Of a DNA stretch of 64,000 bases, positions 19,465 through 30,704 are shown piece after piece. Position numbers and translations under genes: made by a program. The notes below the pieces were generated by a model that worked only from the letters and a program-made list of their open reading frames with translations, was not told the DNA's origin and searched no databases. Numbering within the stretch: the first letter of the stretch is position 1; the number at the start of each line of letters is the position of its first letter. The stretch comes from an uncultured delta proteobacterium. Lineage in GTDB: Bacteria > Desulfobacterota > Desulfobacteria > Desulfobacterales > QNYZ01. The DNA lies in contig CAWJQU010000005.1 in NCBI GenBank assembly GCA_963845145.1, positions 544,001 to 608,000 of the forward strand, read 5' to 3'.

Positions 19465-20463
19465 TCAGCTGGCAGGTAAAGCAAAGTCAATGGGGGTGCG
19501 CCACTTATCTCGATAAGTTCTGGGATTGATGCCGGCTATTTGAGTAAAGATTTTTCGAAAAAAGGAGCGGTCTTCATATCCAACCGAATAGGCAACCTCA
19601 TCAAAACTTGGGTTCCCGGTTTCTAACATTCGTTTAGCAGCCTCTACGCGCAGCCGTTGGATATAGTGACGAGGGGTATCTCCGGTAGCCGATTTAAACC
19701 GGCGTTCAAAGGTTCGTCGGCTCATACCCAATTCTCTGGAAAAATCATCAAGATTAATTGTCTGGGCGTATTGATCCTCAAGCAATTCTTGGGATTGAAG
19801 GATTTTTGGGTCTTGATGGGACCGTTGGTATTGAAATGCAATCCACGGTGCCTGGGATATACGATCCAAATCATGCAAGAAGGTTTTGGCAAGTTTTCGG
19901 GCAATATCCAGACCGCAGTATTTACGCACCAGGTAAAGCGCGATGTCAAAACAGGCGTTCGATCCACCGGCAGTGAAGATATTTCCGGACTCTGTGATCA
20001 GGCGCTCCGGTTTGAGGCGCACTTTTGGATAGCGATGGCGAAAGAGCTCTGCATAGCCCCAGTGTGTTGTCGCGATTTTTCCATCTAAAAGTCCGGTTTC
20101 AGCCAGCACAGCGGTGCCCGTACAGATGGCAGCTACATGGGCACCACGATCAACCATTTTCTTTATCCAGGGAACGACCTCCTTTTCCCGGGACAAGGTC
20201 TCATCAATATTAACGACGGATGGAATGATGATTAAATCAGTATCACCCACGGATGCAATACCCCGATGGGCCTGAATCACGACATTTCCGACGCACGTGA
20301 TCGGCTCGCCGTCAACCGACACGATCTCAACATCAAAATAAGGAACCATGGGCTCATCAAAGAGCACATTCCATAATCGGCCGGCATAAAAAAAGATGTC
20401 CAGGGGACCGGTTATAATGGTGGAAGATGTGTCCTTCAAGCCCAGAATCGTCACTTGTTTCAT
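19465..20463 (-). CDS. GlxA-family regulator (DJ-1/PfpI plus AraC HTH)
   Basis: AAICTG..LAETGLLDGKIATTHW, MSRRTFERRFK and VGYEDRSFFRKIF. Confidence 0.92.
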   Translation of the reverse strand: MKQVTILGLKDTSSTIITGPLDIFFYAGRLWNVLFDEPMVPYFDVEIVSVDGEPITCVGNVVIQAHRGIASVGDTDLIIIPSVVNIDETLSREKEVVPWIKKMVDRGAHVAAICTGTAVLAETGLLDGKIATTHWGYAELFRHRYPKVRLKPERLITESGNIFTAGGSNACFDIALYLVRKYCGLDIARKLAKTFLHDLDRISQAPWIAFQYQRSHQDPKILQSQELLEDQYAQTINLDDFSRELGMSRRTFERRFKSATGDTPRHYIQRLRVEAAKRMLETGNPSFDEVAYSVGYEDRSFFRKIFTQIAGINPRTYRDKWRTPIDFALPAS

Positions 20464-20536
20464 GTTGTACTCCGATTATTTATTTTAAAAACGATATATC
20501 ACAACCGGGCCCGATTGAGCGATTAGGCCCTCAATT

Positions 20537-20571
20537 TGTCGCAAATGCCACGATAAAAGCCGTATTCGACC
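20537..20571 (+). promoter_or_regulatory. Putative AraC/GlxA-type tandem site with a 21-bp period
   Basis: TGTCGCAAATGCCA (20537) and AGCCGTATTCGACC (20558), divergent from the regulator gene. Confidence 0.4.
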
Positions 20572-20873
20572 ATTAGCGTGATATAAAAAGGGGACGAAAG
20601 GACGCTAATAACAAATTAAATTTTGTTATGATATGAGTAGACGATTGTATCCACGATTCGTTTTAAAGCGGCAAAAGACCTACTCCTTTGGTAACGTAAA
20701 ATAGGTGACGTAAAATAGATTGAGCAGGACATTGCATTTAAAGGCGGGATTGTCGGTGGTATTGTCACAATGGGTATCAGTAAATAAGTTCTCATTCTGA
20801 TTTCCCGGATCTTCTTCCGATTCCGATGAATGTGGTTGTTTCGTAACCTTTCAGCAGATAGCCAAGTTGTGTG

Positions 20874-21455
20874 TCATATCCGGTCTGTCCCTGTGAGCAA
20901 GGATTTCATTAAAAGGTCGTCTTCAAACAGCTTAACCCAATTTAAAAAAATATTGCCTTTATCCGGACCATATTTCCGAAGGGCTTTAAGTACAGCATCA
21001 ACGGATTTGGGACGATTGTTTTTGTTCTTAGAATAGAATTTGTCGGCGTAGCAGATGATCTTTTCTTCAATGGATATCGGAAGCATGTCGCGCAGGGGCA
21101 AGGGGAGGTTTTGATTTTGAATGTCTGTACCGCTCAGTCCCACGCCGACATGGCGTTCGCAAACCAGGCCGTGTCGGGGGTAGCCTTTTTTGTCCAACAG
21201 ATCGCGCCCCAAGACACCGTGGCGGATATAGGGTGCCTCGCCCTGACACCCTATTTTCTTGGAACGGGTAAAAACAATGCCGATATCGTGCAGCATGGCC
21301 GCCTGCTCGATAAAGGGGAAGTCCGGCGACATGTGGGGCACTTTTTCGGCCACACGTAAGGCACGAATGGTGACCGCCTCGGCATGATCCATGTAGATAT
21401 CGTAAAGCAGCGTGCCAGGGGCGTAATATTCACGAATAATATCTTCAGGCTTCAC
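20874..21455 (-). CDS. HD (HDIG) domain metal-dependent phosphohydrolase
   Basis: AMLHDIG, HG..G, CERHVGVG and IICYADKFYSK. Confidence 0.88.
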   Translation of the reverse strand: MKPEDIIREYYAPGTLLYDIYMDHAEAVTIRALRVAEKVPHMSPDFPFIEQAAMLHDIGIVFTRSKKIGCQGEAPYIRHGVLGRDLLDKKGYPRHGLVCERHVGVGLSGTDIQNQNLPLPLRDMLPISIEEKIICYADKFYSKNKNNRPKSVDAVLKALRKYGPDKGNIFLNWVKLFEDDLLMKSLLTGTDRI

Positions 21456-22553
21456 CGATTTTTTCCCGACAGCAACATGGCCTCAATAAATGCATCCAGA
21501 TCGCCGTCCAGCACAGCGTTCACATTGCCTTTTTCCGTTTTTGTACGATGGTCTTTGACCATCTGATAGGGATGTAGCACATACGATCGAATCTGACTGC
21601 CCCAGGCGATATCGTCCTTGCCGTCATGAAGCTGCTGAAGTTTTTCGTCCTGTTTTTGTTTCTCCTGCTGATGAAGACGGGCTTTTAACACCTTCATGGC
21701 CAGATCACGGTTGCGGTGCTGGGATTTTTCCTGCTGACACTGGACCACGATGCCGCTCGGCATATGGGTTATTCGAACGGCGCTGCTGGTTTTGTTGACA
21801 TGCTGGCCTCCGGCACCACTGGCCCGGAATACATCGACGCGCAGATCTTTCTCGTCCACATCAATAACGATTTCATCGTCCAGCTCGGGATATACAAATA
21901 CGGAAGCAAAAGACGTATGGCGTTTTCCGGAAGCATTAAACGGCGATATCCGCACCAAGCGATGGACGCCTGATTCCGTTTTCAGATAACCGAAGGCATT
22001 CTCGCCGGAGACGGTAAAGGTGGTACTTTTGATACCCGCTTCTTCGCCGGGCTGATGGTCGACTATCTCCGGTTTAAAGCCACGCCGCTCAACCCAGCGC
22101 AGGTACATGCGAAACAGCATGTCGGCCCAATCCTGAGCCTCGGTTCCACCGGCACCGGCATTGATGGAGACGATGGCATTATTCGCATCGTCTGTACCGC
22201 TCAACATCATTTGAAGCGTTTGATCGTCGATGCGGATTTCCAAATCCTTGAGCTGATCGGAAACCTCCACAAGCGTACCCTCGTCGGATTCCTCCACGGC
22301 CATCTCCAGAAACAGCTCGGCTTCTTCGAGGTCGTCACCCAGTTTATTAATGGTTTCTATTCTACCGGCGATTGAAGAACGCTCTTTTAATATCGATTGG
22401 TTTGCCTGGGGATTGTCCCAGAACCCGTCTTTGGCAATCTGCTTTTCAAGCGTTTCGAGCCTTTTTGCTTTCCCATCCAGGTCAAAGAAACTCCCTGATC
22501 TGGACGAGTTTATTTTTAAGTTCTTCGATCGCTTGCACAAGTTCGGTGGTCAT
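21452..22553 (-). CDS. prfB: Peptide chain release factor 2 with a programmed +1 frameshift
   Basis: ATG 22553 gives MTTELVQAIEELKNKLVQIREFL, then AGGGAG-TTT-CTT-TGA-C. The +1 frame carries SPF and GGQ motifs. Confidence 0.97.
22481..22496 (-). promoter_or_regulatory. prfB frameshift cassette (internal SD plus CTT TGA C)
   Basis: Minus strand reads AGGGAG TTT CTT TGA C. Confidence 0.95.
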
Positions 22554-22652
22554 GATTCCTCCTTCAATCAAGTCATGGTTTCGATACAGTATATATTCAA
22601 ACTTTTAATAAATCCAGTCAAGCCAATTGCCCAACCAATTGCTTGATAAATA

Positions 22653-22766
22653 GCCACAGACTCACACTGACTGACACAGACCTTTTAAAATATCACAACC
22701 AGAGGTGGAAAATTCATCCTTTGCGGTTGTTGTCTGCGCGTGTAGATCGGGAGTGGTATTTTAAGG
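22653..22766. repeat. Degenerate inverted-repeat element between lnt and prfB
   Basis: CCACAGACTCACACTGACTGACACAGAC loosely pairs with GTCTGCGCGTGTAGATCGGGAGTGG. Confidence 0.3.
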
Positions 22767-24350
22767 TCACTTATGGGTAGTGCCGGAATGGAGACGGTTT
22801 CTTTTTTTTAACATGAAAGAATAAAGAGTCAATAAAACCGATAGGGCAAGGCAGACCTGGGCAAAAATGTCACCCTTTTGCGTGTAGATGGTTTTAACTT
22901 CCATTAAAGGCACCGGTTGATGGATGGCTGCGGTCTCGAAAAGACCGGTGGTTTGCTGGATCCGGCCGACCGGATCGATAAACCCAGAGATACCGGTATT
23001 CGCAGCCCGGATCAGGGAGCGCTTGGTTTCCACTGCTCGAAAAACGGCCGTAGAAAAATGCTGGTAGGGGGCGCTGGTTCGGCCATACCAGGCATCATTG
23101 GTAAGGTTAATCAATAGCGTCGCCCCATTTTTTACTTGCGTACGGCCCAGTTCGGGAAAAATGAGCTCATAACAGATCAACACGCCCAGTTGTTGACCAT
23201 CCCATTTCAATGTATTTCCGACAGGCCCGGCGTCAAAATCACCCACCTGGGCCACGATCTTTCCGAGAAACGGCAGGTATTGTTTGAAAGGAACGTACTC
23301 GCCGAAAGGTACCAGATGGGCTTTGTCATATTTTGCCAGAGGTTGACCGGATTTATCAATCAAGTAGGCGCTATTGTAATAAAGGGCGGCTTTATCTCGA
23401 CCGTTGAAGGATGGGCTGCCGATAAGAAAATCCGTATCGGTCGCTTTGATTCCGTCTGTAACTTTACGGGTCAGGATCGGGTGGTTGTATAGGTAAAATG
23501 GCGTGGCACTCTCAGGCCAAACGATCAGGTCGGCCTGGGCCGTTTGGACCCTTTTCGACAATTCAATGTACTTTTCCGTTGTGGCCTGCTGGAATTGGGG
23601 ATCCCATTTGACATCCTGGGGAATATTACCCTGAATAGCGGCGATGGTTCGATGGGGTGCATTTTTTATTACAACATCGATCAATTGGATGCGACGGTCG
23701 CCATACATCACCGCTGCAGACGTAACAATAGCGAGCATGATGGTGGCGGAAAGAATAACCCTCACCGGCACCGGGTGATCGAACCAGCGTTTTCGCATCA
23801 CTCCGATGACCGCCAGGGCCCCGACGGTGTTGGCGGCGGCAATCAGAAAAGAGACCCCGTAAGGACCGGTGATATCGACCATCTGGATCAATGACAGAAA
23901 ACGGTATTGCGTGTATCCCAGCAATTCCCAGGGAAACCCGGAGAGAAAAAATGAGCGGATGTATTCCAACCCGGCCCAAACCGATGGGATGAGTACCATA
24001 CTGATCAAGGGTGTCGGCCGCGAAGCCGTAATGATCCAGGCAAGAGCAGCCGGAAAAAGAGACAGATAGGCCGTGAGCAAAAACAGGATCGGTATAGCCA
24101 GTATCCATGATAGCCCACCATAGCTGGTCATGGTATGGGCCACCCAGTACATAAGGGTTAAATAGTGCACCAGCCCGGTAATAAACCCCATTCGGAAACC
24201 GAAGCCGGGCGATGCGTTGGAAATCGCATAAAAAAACGGCACCAGCGCGAACCAGGCCAGCCAGGACAGATCCAGGTTAGGGAACGCCCCGGTTAGCATG
24301 AGGCCGCTTAAGACCGCAGCGGCCATTCTTTTGGTATCATTGTAGTGCAT
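22767..24350 (-). CDS. lnt: Apolipoprotein N-acyltransferase
   Basis: GFPWELLGYTQ, IQGNIPQ, IVWPES, YDKAHLVPFGEY, LICYE, NLTNDAWYG and RAANTGIS. Confidence 0.96.
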   Translation of the reverse strand: MHYNDTKRMAAAVLSGLMLTGAFPNLDLSWLAWFALVPFFYAISNASPGFGFRMGFITGLVHYLTLMYWVAHTMTSYGGLSWILAIPILFLLTAYLSLFPAALAWIITASRPTPLISMVLIPSVWAGLEYIRSFFLSGFPWELLGYTQYRFLSLIQMVDITGPYGVSFLIAAANTVGALAVIGVMRKRWFDHPVPVRVILSATIMLAIVTSAAVMYGDRRIQLIDVVIKNAPHRTIAAIQGNIPQDVKWDPQFQQATTEKYIELSKRVQTAQADLIVWPESATPFYLYNHPILTRKVTDGIKATDTDFLIGSPSFNGRDKAALYYNSAYLIDKSGQPLAKYDKAHLVPFGEYVPFKQYLPFLGKIVAQVGDFDAGPVGNTLKWDGQQLGVLICYELIFPELGRTQVKNGATLLINLTNDAWYGRTSAPYQHFSTAVFRAVETKRSLIRAANTGISGFIDPVGRIQQTTGLFETAAIHQPVPLMEVKTIYTQKGDIFAQVCLALSVLLTLYSFMLKKRNRLHSGTTHK

Positions 24351-24730
24351 ATACCGAAAAGCCCACGCCTCCAGCTATTTATGTCCGAGGAAAAAATGGA
24401 ATAAAATAATTTAGCCAGTATAAGGTTGATTGAGCCACTCGGCAAGCATTTCTCATCAATGCTGTTCTCACTAATACCTGCGTTAATATGAAAACAATCC
24501 TTACAAATGGCCGCTGATTGGATATTTTTGCTAAAGATTTTTTGAAAAATGCGGATTATAAATATATTAGGTCTCATTTAAAAATGGGGTGTGGGTTGGA
24601 CGATACACCGTGCAATAAATTGTTGGTAAAATACCATCAGACAATAAATATGGCGAACCGATTACAGGAAAAACGGAAAAACCCGGTGGCTATTTTGACG
24701 CATATCAATTGATGTTTGAAAGTTTTTTTC

Positions 24731-26692
24731 ATGAAAAACGATACCATTCGTCTTAATGGCTATTTCATTATTCTCGCTGTTTTTTGGACCGCATTAATTC
24801 TTCTCCTGTTAACCTACGATCACCATGTGACCCTCAAAAACATTCAGAATCTCGCTCGGATTCAAGCCGTAACAGGCTTGGAAAAGGATATCATCTATCG
24901 AAAATGGAATGCTCAAAACGGCGGCGTTTATGGGTCAATTTCAGCGAAGACCCAGCCCAACGATTACCTAAAGGTTCAGGAGCGCGATATCGCCACCCCC
25001 TCAGGCAAGCGGAACCTGACGCTGATTAATCCAGCCTACATGACCCGGCAGGTGCATGAACTCGAATTAGAAAAAAGGGGGGTTGTCGGACATATTACCA
25101 GTTTAAATCCGATCCGCCCGCAAAACCGGGCGGACAAGTGGGAAACAGCGGCGCTTACGCAGTTTGAAAACGGGACAAAAGAGGTGAGTTCGCTGGAATA
25201 CATGCACAACCGAAGCTACCTGCGGGTCATGCGCCCATTGTTGGTTATGGAGGCCTGCATGGGTTGCCATGCCGCCCAGGGGTATGAGGTTGGACAGGTA
25301 AGGGGTGGGTTGTCAATCTCCGTCCCAATGGAACCCTGGCTGATTTATCGCAACAAAGAACTCAAACAACACCGGATTTTTCTTGTCGCCCTCTGGCTTC
25401 TGGTTATGGTTGGCCTGACCGTGGGGTTTATGAATATGAATCGAAAAATGCAGCAGAATCAGAAGATTCAGGCTAATCTAAACAATATGAAATCCGTTCT
25501 GGACCGGATAGATGATATTGTTCTGCTCATCCACCCGGACACCCTTCAGCTTATCTATGTTAATCAAGCTGCTATTGCGTACTCAGGATACAGCGAGAAA
25601 GAACTTTTACGAATGTATCCATACGAGCTATTCCCCGATGCCGAGCATAGGGCCTATGAAAAGCGCATCACCGCACTGAGAGGTAGTAAAGATAAAAAAT
25701 TCCAATTTGAGTCCACCGTTGTCCATAAAGAGGGGGGTTTAAGTCCGGTAGACGTTCAGCAGCAATACTTACAAATAGACCATGGCGTTGAGTATATCGT
25801 AGCGGTACTGCGCGACAGCAGCATCAGAAAAGAAAATGAGGTCAACCAAAAACAAATGCGCGATAAACTGCAAGCGTCGCAAAAACTGGAATCTGTAGGA
25901 CAATTGGCGGCAGGCATCGCGCATGAATTAAATACACCGGCCCAATACATTGGGAGCAACCTCGATTTTCTCAGCGAATCGTTTGTTGAGATAAAAGAAT
26001 TGATTGACCAGTATCACATGATTATCAATACCGAAAACAATTCTGACCCGGTTTTGATCGAAAATATCGGGCATGCCAGGAGAAGCGCCGACTATGATTT
26101 TCTGGCCGAAGAAATTCCCCAAGCCATTGCACAATCCCAGGAAGGCATCAAGCAGGTGAGCCAAATCGTTCTGGCCATGAAAGATTTTTCCCATCCGGGC
26201 TCGAAAGAGTTGGAACCGGCACATATCAACCGAATCATCAAAACGGCCGTCACCGTATCCCGCAATGAGTGGAAGGATTACGCGGAAATGAGGTTAAATT
26301 TGACGGAAAAGAACGACTTGGTTACCTGTCGGCCCAATGAGATCAGCCGGGTTCTTGTTAATCTGATCATCAACGCCGCACATGCCATTGATGACTATCA
26401 AAAAGTACAAAACAATAGGTCATTAGGCACTATTACCCTTACGACCCAATCATCGCCGAAAATTTTTGAAATATCCATCAAGGACACAGGCTCCGGTATA
26501 CCCGAACCAATCCGCCACAAAATATTTGACCCCTTTTTCACAACCAAAGAAGTAGGCAAAGGAACCGGCCAGGGGTTAAATATCGCTTATGATATTATCA
26601 CCAACAAACACCAGGGAACGCTGAAATTTGAAACAGTGGAAGGCGCTGGTACGACCTTTACCATTCGCCTGCCCAAATCGATTGAAGAATAA
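24731..26692 (+). CDS. Membrane sensor histidine kinase with a c-heme DUF3365 domain, PAS, HisKA and HATPase
   Basis: Two TM segments around a domain containing [43 protein letters not shown]. Confidence 0.9.
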   Translation: MKNDTIRLNGYFIILAVFWTALILLLLTYDHHVTLKNIQNLARIQAVTGLEKDIIYRKWNAQNGGVYGSISAKTQPNDYLKVQERDIATPSGKRNLTLINPAYMTRQVHELELEKRGVVGHITSLNPIRPQNRADKWETAALTQFENGTKEVSSLEYMHNRSYLRVMRPLLVMEACMGCHAAQGYEVGQVRGGLSISVPMEPWLIYRNKELKQHRIFLVALWLLVMVGLTVGFMNMNRKMQQNQKIQANLNNMKSVLDRIDDIVLLIHPDTLQLIYVNQAAIAYSGYSEKELLRMYPYELFPDAEHRAYEKRITALRGSKDKKFQFESTVVHKEGGLSPVDVQQQYLQIDHGVEYIVAVLRDSSIRKENEVNQKQMRDKLQASQKLESVGQLAAGIAHELNTPAQYIGSNLDFLSESFVEIKELIDQYHMIINTENNSDPVLIENIGHARRSADYDFLAEEIPQAIAQSQEGIKQVSQIVLAMKDFSHPGSKELEPAHINRIIKTAVTVSRNEWKDYAEMRLNLTEKNDLVTCRPNEISRVLVNLIINAAHAIDDYQKVQNNRSLGTITLTTQSSPKIFEISIKDTGSGIPEPIRHKIFDPFFTTKEVGKGTGQGLNIAYDIITNKHQGTLKFETVEGAGTTFTIRLPKSIEE

Positions 26693-26814
26693 ATTTTGAT
26701 CCTGTCGGCGACAAAATAATTTTTTCCGCAAATTCCATCTACAATCCTTTGATTGGTGGTGAAGCTAAAAAAGGGTTTTATGGCTGGACGCGTCTTAAAG
26801 CGACATAATTGCTG

Positions 26815-27057
26815 TCAGATATCCTGACAATTTTGAATAATAAGGCCATGTTCGCCCATTAACACATTCACTTTAATTACTTTGGCAGGATCCTTGCGAT
26901 GGCCATGACAGTAGGCGTTTGATAATGCTTCACAAATAATACCTTTTTCACCGATAATCTCCTGTCGAAATTCCTTCAACCATGGCTCGAGAAAACGTGC
27001 AAGCTTTCGTTCATACCAAAATAACCAGCCGTAACCGTAAAATGGCCGTTCGCGCAT
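26815..27057 (-). pseudogene. Probable truncated HATPase_c / anti-sigma-like protein
   Basis: N-box-like EALSNAYCHGH..DP.K.I.V, ending before the D-x-G-x-G box. Confidence 0.4.
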
Positions 27058-27170
27058 GTAATTTCTACCCCGTGGTAAATGCGCCTATTCGTATGTTTTA
27101 TTATTTATATTTTAAAGTTTTACAGGAGACCACATCTGGTCGTGCTCGGTAATAACAAGGCCATCTAAGA

Positions 27171-27298
27171 AATGACCAATGGACCTGTTACCATCCCCAT
27201 GCAAAAAGAGGCATGGATACCATGAACGCTAATGAAGTACTCCGGTTTATGGATATGGAAGAAGTACCGTTCACCAACAATTTGGGTGAAGTAGTTAC
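27171..27298 (+). mobile_element. Internally deleted IS66-family transposase relic
   Basis: One frame reads NDQWTCYHPHAKRGMDTM joined directly to EVLRFMDMEEVPFTNNLGE, followed by GTAGTTAC, which resembles an IS66 ...TTAC end. Confidence 0.6.
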
Positions 27299-27446
27299 AA
27301 TAATATATCATGAGGATAACTCGTTATTATGGACGTTATAGTCAATCGGCATAAATGGAGAAATACTTTATTTTATAGGATACAATGCAACAAAACCTGG
27401 CGACTATACCACTAACCGGAGTTGTTTGGAAACGCGAGATTAACCC

Positions 27447-27476
27447 TATCGTTTCGAGCACCTTGCAGAAATTATT
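27447..27476 (+). repeat. Exact 30-bp copy of internal nfo sequence (30296-30325)
   Basis: TATCGTTTCGAGCACCTTGCAGAAATTATT occurs at both positions in the same orientation. Confidence 0.95.
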
Positions 27477-27604
27477 TGCTAAGGCCAAAATTTATAAATA
27501 TAGGTAAGCTAGTTCGGAGACCCATATTAGAGCGAGTAAAAAATCTGTCAATATAGGTTTATATGTAATTAACGAAACCAAAGGATAAAAAGGACCCTTA
27601 AACA

Positions 27605-28852
27605 ATGTCACGACATTTGTACAAGACCGACCCTGAAATGGCAGCCATTATTGAAAATGAGGCGAATAGGCAAGAGAACGGTTTGGAGCTGATTGCCTCA
27701 GAAAACATTGTTAGCCATGCGGTAATGGAAGTGCAAGGCAGTGTGCTGACCAATAAATATGCCGAAGGATACCCTTCCAAACGATATTACGGGGGCTGCG
27801 CCTTTGCCGATGCCGCCGAGAACCTGGCCATTGAACGGGCCAAAACCCTTTTTAACGCCGAGTATGTCAATGTTCAGCCCCATTCCGGTTCCCAGGCCAA
27901 CATGGCCGCGCTTATGTCTATCTTAAGTCCCGGAGATACCGTACTGGGGATGGATTTGGCCCACGGTGGCCATTTGACCCATGGCAGCCCAGTAAATTTT
28001 TCAGGGAAACTCTATCATTTTATTCACTATGGCGTGTCCCGACAAACCGGAACCATTGATTACGAGCAAGTGGCGGCCCTGGTTGCGGAGCACCGCCCTA
28101 AACTCATCATTGCCGGCGCCAGCGCCTATCCGAGGATTATCGATTTTAATCGATTTGCTGAAATCGCCCAGGCATCCAAAGCGCTTTTGCTGGTTGATAT
28201 GGCCCACATCGCCGGATTGGTCGCCACGGGACGCCACCCTTCCCCTGTCCCTGTAGCGGATATTGTAACCAGCACCACGCATAAAACCCTGAGGGGCCCC
28301 AGGGGGGGGCTAATACTTGCCAAGTCGGATTTCGGAAAATCCCTTAACAGCGCTATTTTCCCCGGGATTCAAGGCGGTCCTCTGATGCATGTGATTGCGG
28401 CTAAAGCCGTTGCATTTAAGGAGGCGCTCACCGACGCTTTTAACGACTACCAGCAAGATGTCGTAAATAACGCCAACATCATGGCTCAAATACTTGTTGA
28501 AAACGGGGTCGATCTCGTTTCCGGGGGTACCGACAACCACATGATGCTCGTCGACCTTACCTCTTTAGACATCACGGGTAAGGCGGCTGAAGAACTTTTG
28601 GGCCGGGTAGGCATTACCGTGAATAAAAACGCAGTTCCCTTTGAGACGAAAAGCCCGTTTGTGACCAGTGGAATTCGCATTGGAACCCCGGCCATCACGT
28701 CAAGGGGGATGAAAACCGCCCAGGCTGAAGTGATCGCCCGCCTGATCGCAGACCTATTGAAACATCCGGACAACCAACAGAATATGGATCGTGCCAAAGC
28801 CACGGTCAGTGAACTTTGCAAGAGCTATCCGATTAACTCGAACGCCCAATGA
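27605..28852 (+). CDS. glyA: Serine hydroxymethyltransferase
   Basis: [39 protein letters not shown] and FPGIQGGP. Confidence 0.98.
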   Translation: MSRHLYKTDPEMAAIIENEANRQENGLELIASENIVSHAVMEVQGSVLTNKYAEGYPSKRYYGGCAFADAAENLAIERAKTLFNAEYVNVQPHSGSQANMAALMSILSPGDTVLGMDLAHGGHLTHGSPVNFSGKLYHFIHYGVSRQTGTIDYEQVAALVAEHRPKLIIAGASAYPRIIDFNRFAEIAQASKALLLVDMAHIAGLVATGRHPSPVPVADIVTSTTHKTLRGPRGGLILAKSDFGKSLNSAIFPGIQGGPLMHVIAAKAVAFKEALTDAFNDYQQDVVNNANIMAQILVENGVDLVSGGTDNHMMLVDLTSLDITGKAAEELLGRVGITVNKNAVPFETKSPFVTSGIRIGTPAITSRGMKTAQAEVIARLIADLLKHPDNQQNMDRAKATVSELCKSYPINSNAQ

Positions 28853-29730
28853 GGGGTAACGAAGACATTTTGTCGAAACCCTCTCTTACCGGAGAAGAGG
28901 TAAGAGCGCTGAATTTTCTTTGTGATTCATCGACCCTTCACTTCAGGAAATACTATCGCCAGGGCCTCAGATCCCACATTTTTGAAGTTCTGGCTGCCGA
29001 TGATATTTTAAAGGAAACCAAAGGAGAAGTTATTGATGGTATGCGGTGGTTTCCAAGGGCTGTGCCTAAGTATGTTCTCAGGATATTGCGCACCCGGTTT
29101 AAAACGGTTGACGCCGTTTTTGATGAAATAAAAAAGTATGCACTATTATTGAATTTTCTGGGACCGGACCTTATTGCCAGGTCAAACGAATTCGTCGTTG
29201 AGTATACCGGAAGCGGAAAAAGTGAGATTGTGCTCTGTGGTTTGCAGGAGTTTGTTGAGGGTGCCATTTTAGACCCGTGGTCTTTGTTTGGTCAAGACCC
29301 ACTAGATACGCTTCGCCAATCGAGGTTTTCCACTCAGGCCCCTGATAAAAACTGGTTACCCGTGGCGCTTGAATCCATCAAGACCTTTGTCAGGCATACC
29401 CGGAAAATGATTACCGACACAGGCTATATCCCGGATCTTGCCGGAAACGGCAACTTGATTTTAACGTACAGTGGGAAAATCAAGCTTGTGGATATCAATA
29501 ATATTCTCAAGCTCCAAAAAACCGATGCCATTTTGCTTGATGACAAAGGCTATCCCGCCTGTGATAAATCAATAGAGGTCCTTTTTCTCCTGGAAAAAGA
29601 AATTATTAAGTCCATAGATCTTGCAAAAGATGCCCTTTATGGCCATTTTTTATCAGCGGAGAGAACCCGAAGGGTAAAACAGCTCGAAGCGCAATTTGTT
29701 CAAAATCTGCCCTCGATATCTGCCGAATAA
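28849..29730 (+). CDS. Hypothetical protein, possibly with a kinase-like fold
   Basis: 293-aa ORF with an ATGA overlap on gly[12 protein letters not shown]...IKLVDINN. Confidence 0.6.
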   Translation: MRGNEDILSKPSLTGEEVRALNFLCDSSTLHFRKYYRQGLRSHIFEVLAADDILKETKGEVIDGMRWFPRAVPKYVLRILRTRFKTVDAVFDEIKKYALLLNFLGPDLIARSNEFVVEYTGSGKSEIVLCGLQEFVEGAILDPWSLFGQDPLDTLRQSRFSTQAPDKNWLPVALESIKTFVRHTRKMITDTGYIPDLAGNGNLILTYSGKIKLVDINNILKLQKTDAILLDDKGYPACDKSIEVLFLLEKEIIKSIDLAKDALYGHFLSAERTRRVKQLEAQFVQNLPSISAE

Positions 29731-29804
29731 AATGTTCCGCGCTGCTGATAATTGTAATGGTGACTGAAATAGATTTAACTAGTTAAAAATGGAAGAAGGT
29801 GAGA

Positions 29805-30688
29805 ATGAAATATAGGCTTTTAAGGTGCCCAAGGCGGAGATATGTCGAGTATTTAGTGCCGCCGGCGGTGTTGAGAATGCGCCCCTAAACGCTCGTAAGA
29901 TTGGCGCCACCGCCTTTGCGTTGTTTACTAAAAACCAGCGACAGTGGAAGGCCAAGCCGCTAACGGAAAAGAGCATAGAGGCGTTCGGCCGAAACTGCGC
30001 CGAGGCGGGCTTTACACCCGACCAGATTCTGCCCCATGATAGCTATCTCATCAATTTGGGGCACCCGGAGCAGGCCGGGCTGGAAAAATCCAGGGCGGCT
30101 TTTTTGGATGAGTTTGAGCGCTGCCACCAACTGGGATTAAAATTCCTCAATTTTCATCCCGGCAGCCATCTGGGCAAGATCTCGGTATCCGAAAGCCTGG
30201 CCCGCATCGCCGCCTCAATCAACTTGGCCCTGGACCACATTTCCGGCGTTACCGCGATTATCGAAAACACCGCTGGGCAGGGAACCAATCTCGGTTATCG
30301 TTTCGAGCACCTTGCAGAAATTATTGGGCAGGTGGATGATCAATCCCGGGTGGGGGTCTGCCTGGACACCTGCCATGGCTTTGCCGCCGGGTATGACATC
30401 AAAACGGCCCAAGGCTATGCCGACACCATGGCCCGGTTTGATCGGATTGTCGGGCTAAGGTTTCTAAAAGCCATGCATTTAAACGACAGCAAAAAAGGGC
30501 TTGGAAGCCACGTGGATCGTCATGCCAGTATCGGTAAAGGGGAGTTGGGTGAGCAGCCGTTTCACTTTATCATGGCGGACTCCAGACTGGATGGTATCCC
30601 CTTGGTACTGGAAACCCCGGATACCGCCCTTTGGGCTGAAGAGATCAAGCGCTTGCAGGGGTTGGCTGAGGCAGCAGGCTCCGGCTAA
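29805..30688 (+). CDS. nfo: Endonuclease IV; 5' end appears disrupted
   Basis: [43 protein letters not shown] and LETP. The expected MKYIGAHVS start is split across frames at 29805-29855. Confidence 0.92.
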
Positions 30689-30704
30689 AACCGATTATTC
30701 TTTG

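Noticed and set aside
27149..27165. GTAA as the left end of the IS66 relic
   Set aside because: Poor match to the right end beyond four bases, and no target-site duplication.
27385..27430. Possible ZMP/ZTP riboswitch upstream of glyA (CTGGCGA...ACCAC...GGAG)
   Set aside because: The P2 stem and the 3' GCC...GCCTGGGC pseudoknot half are missing; only short words match.
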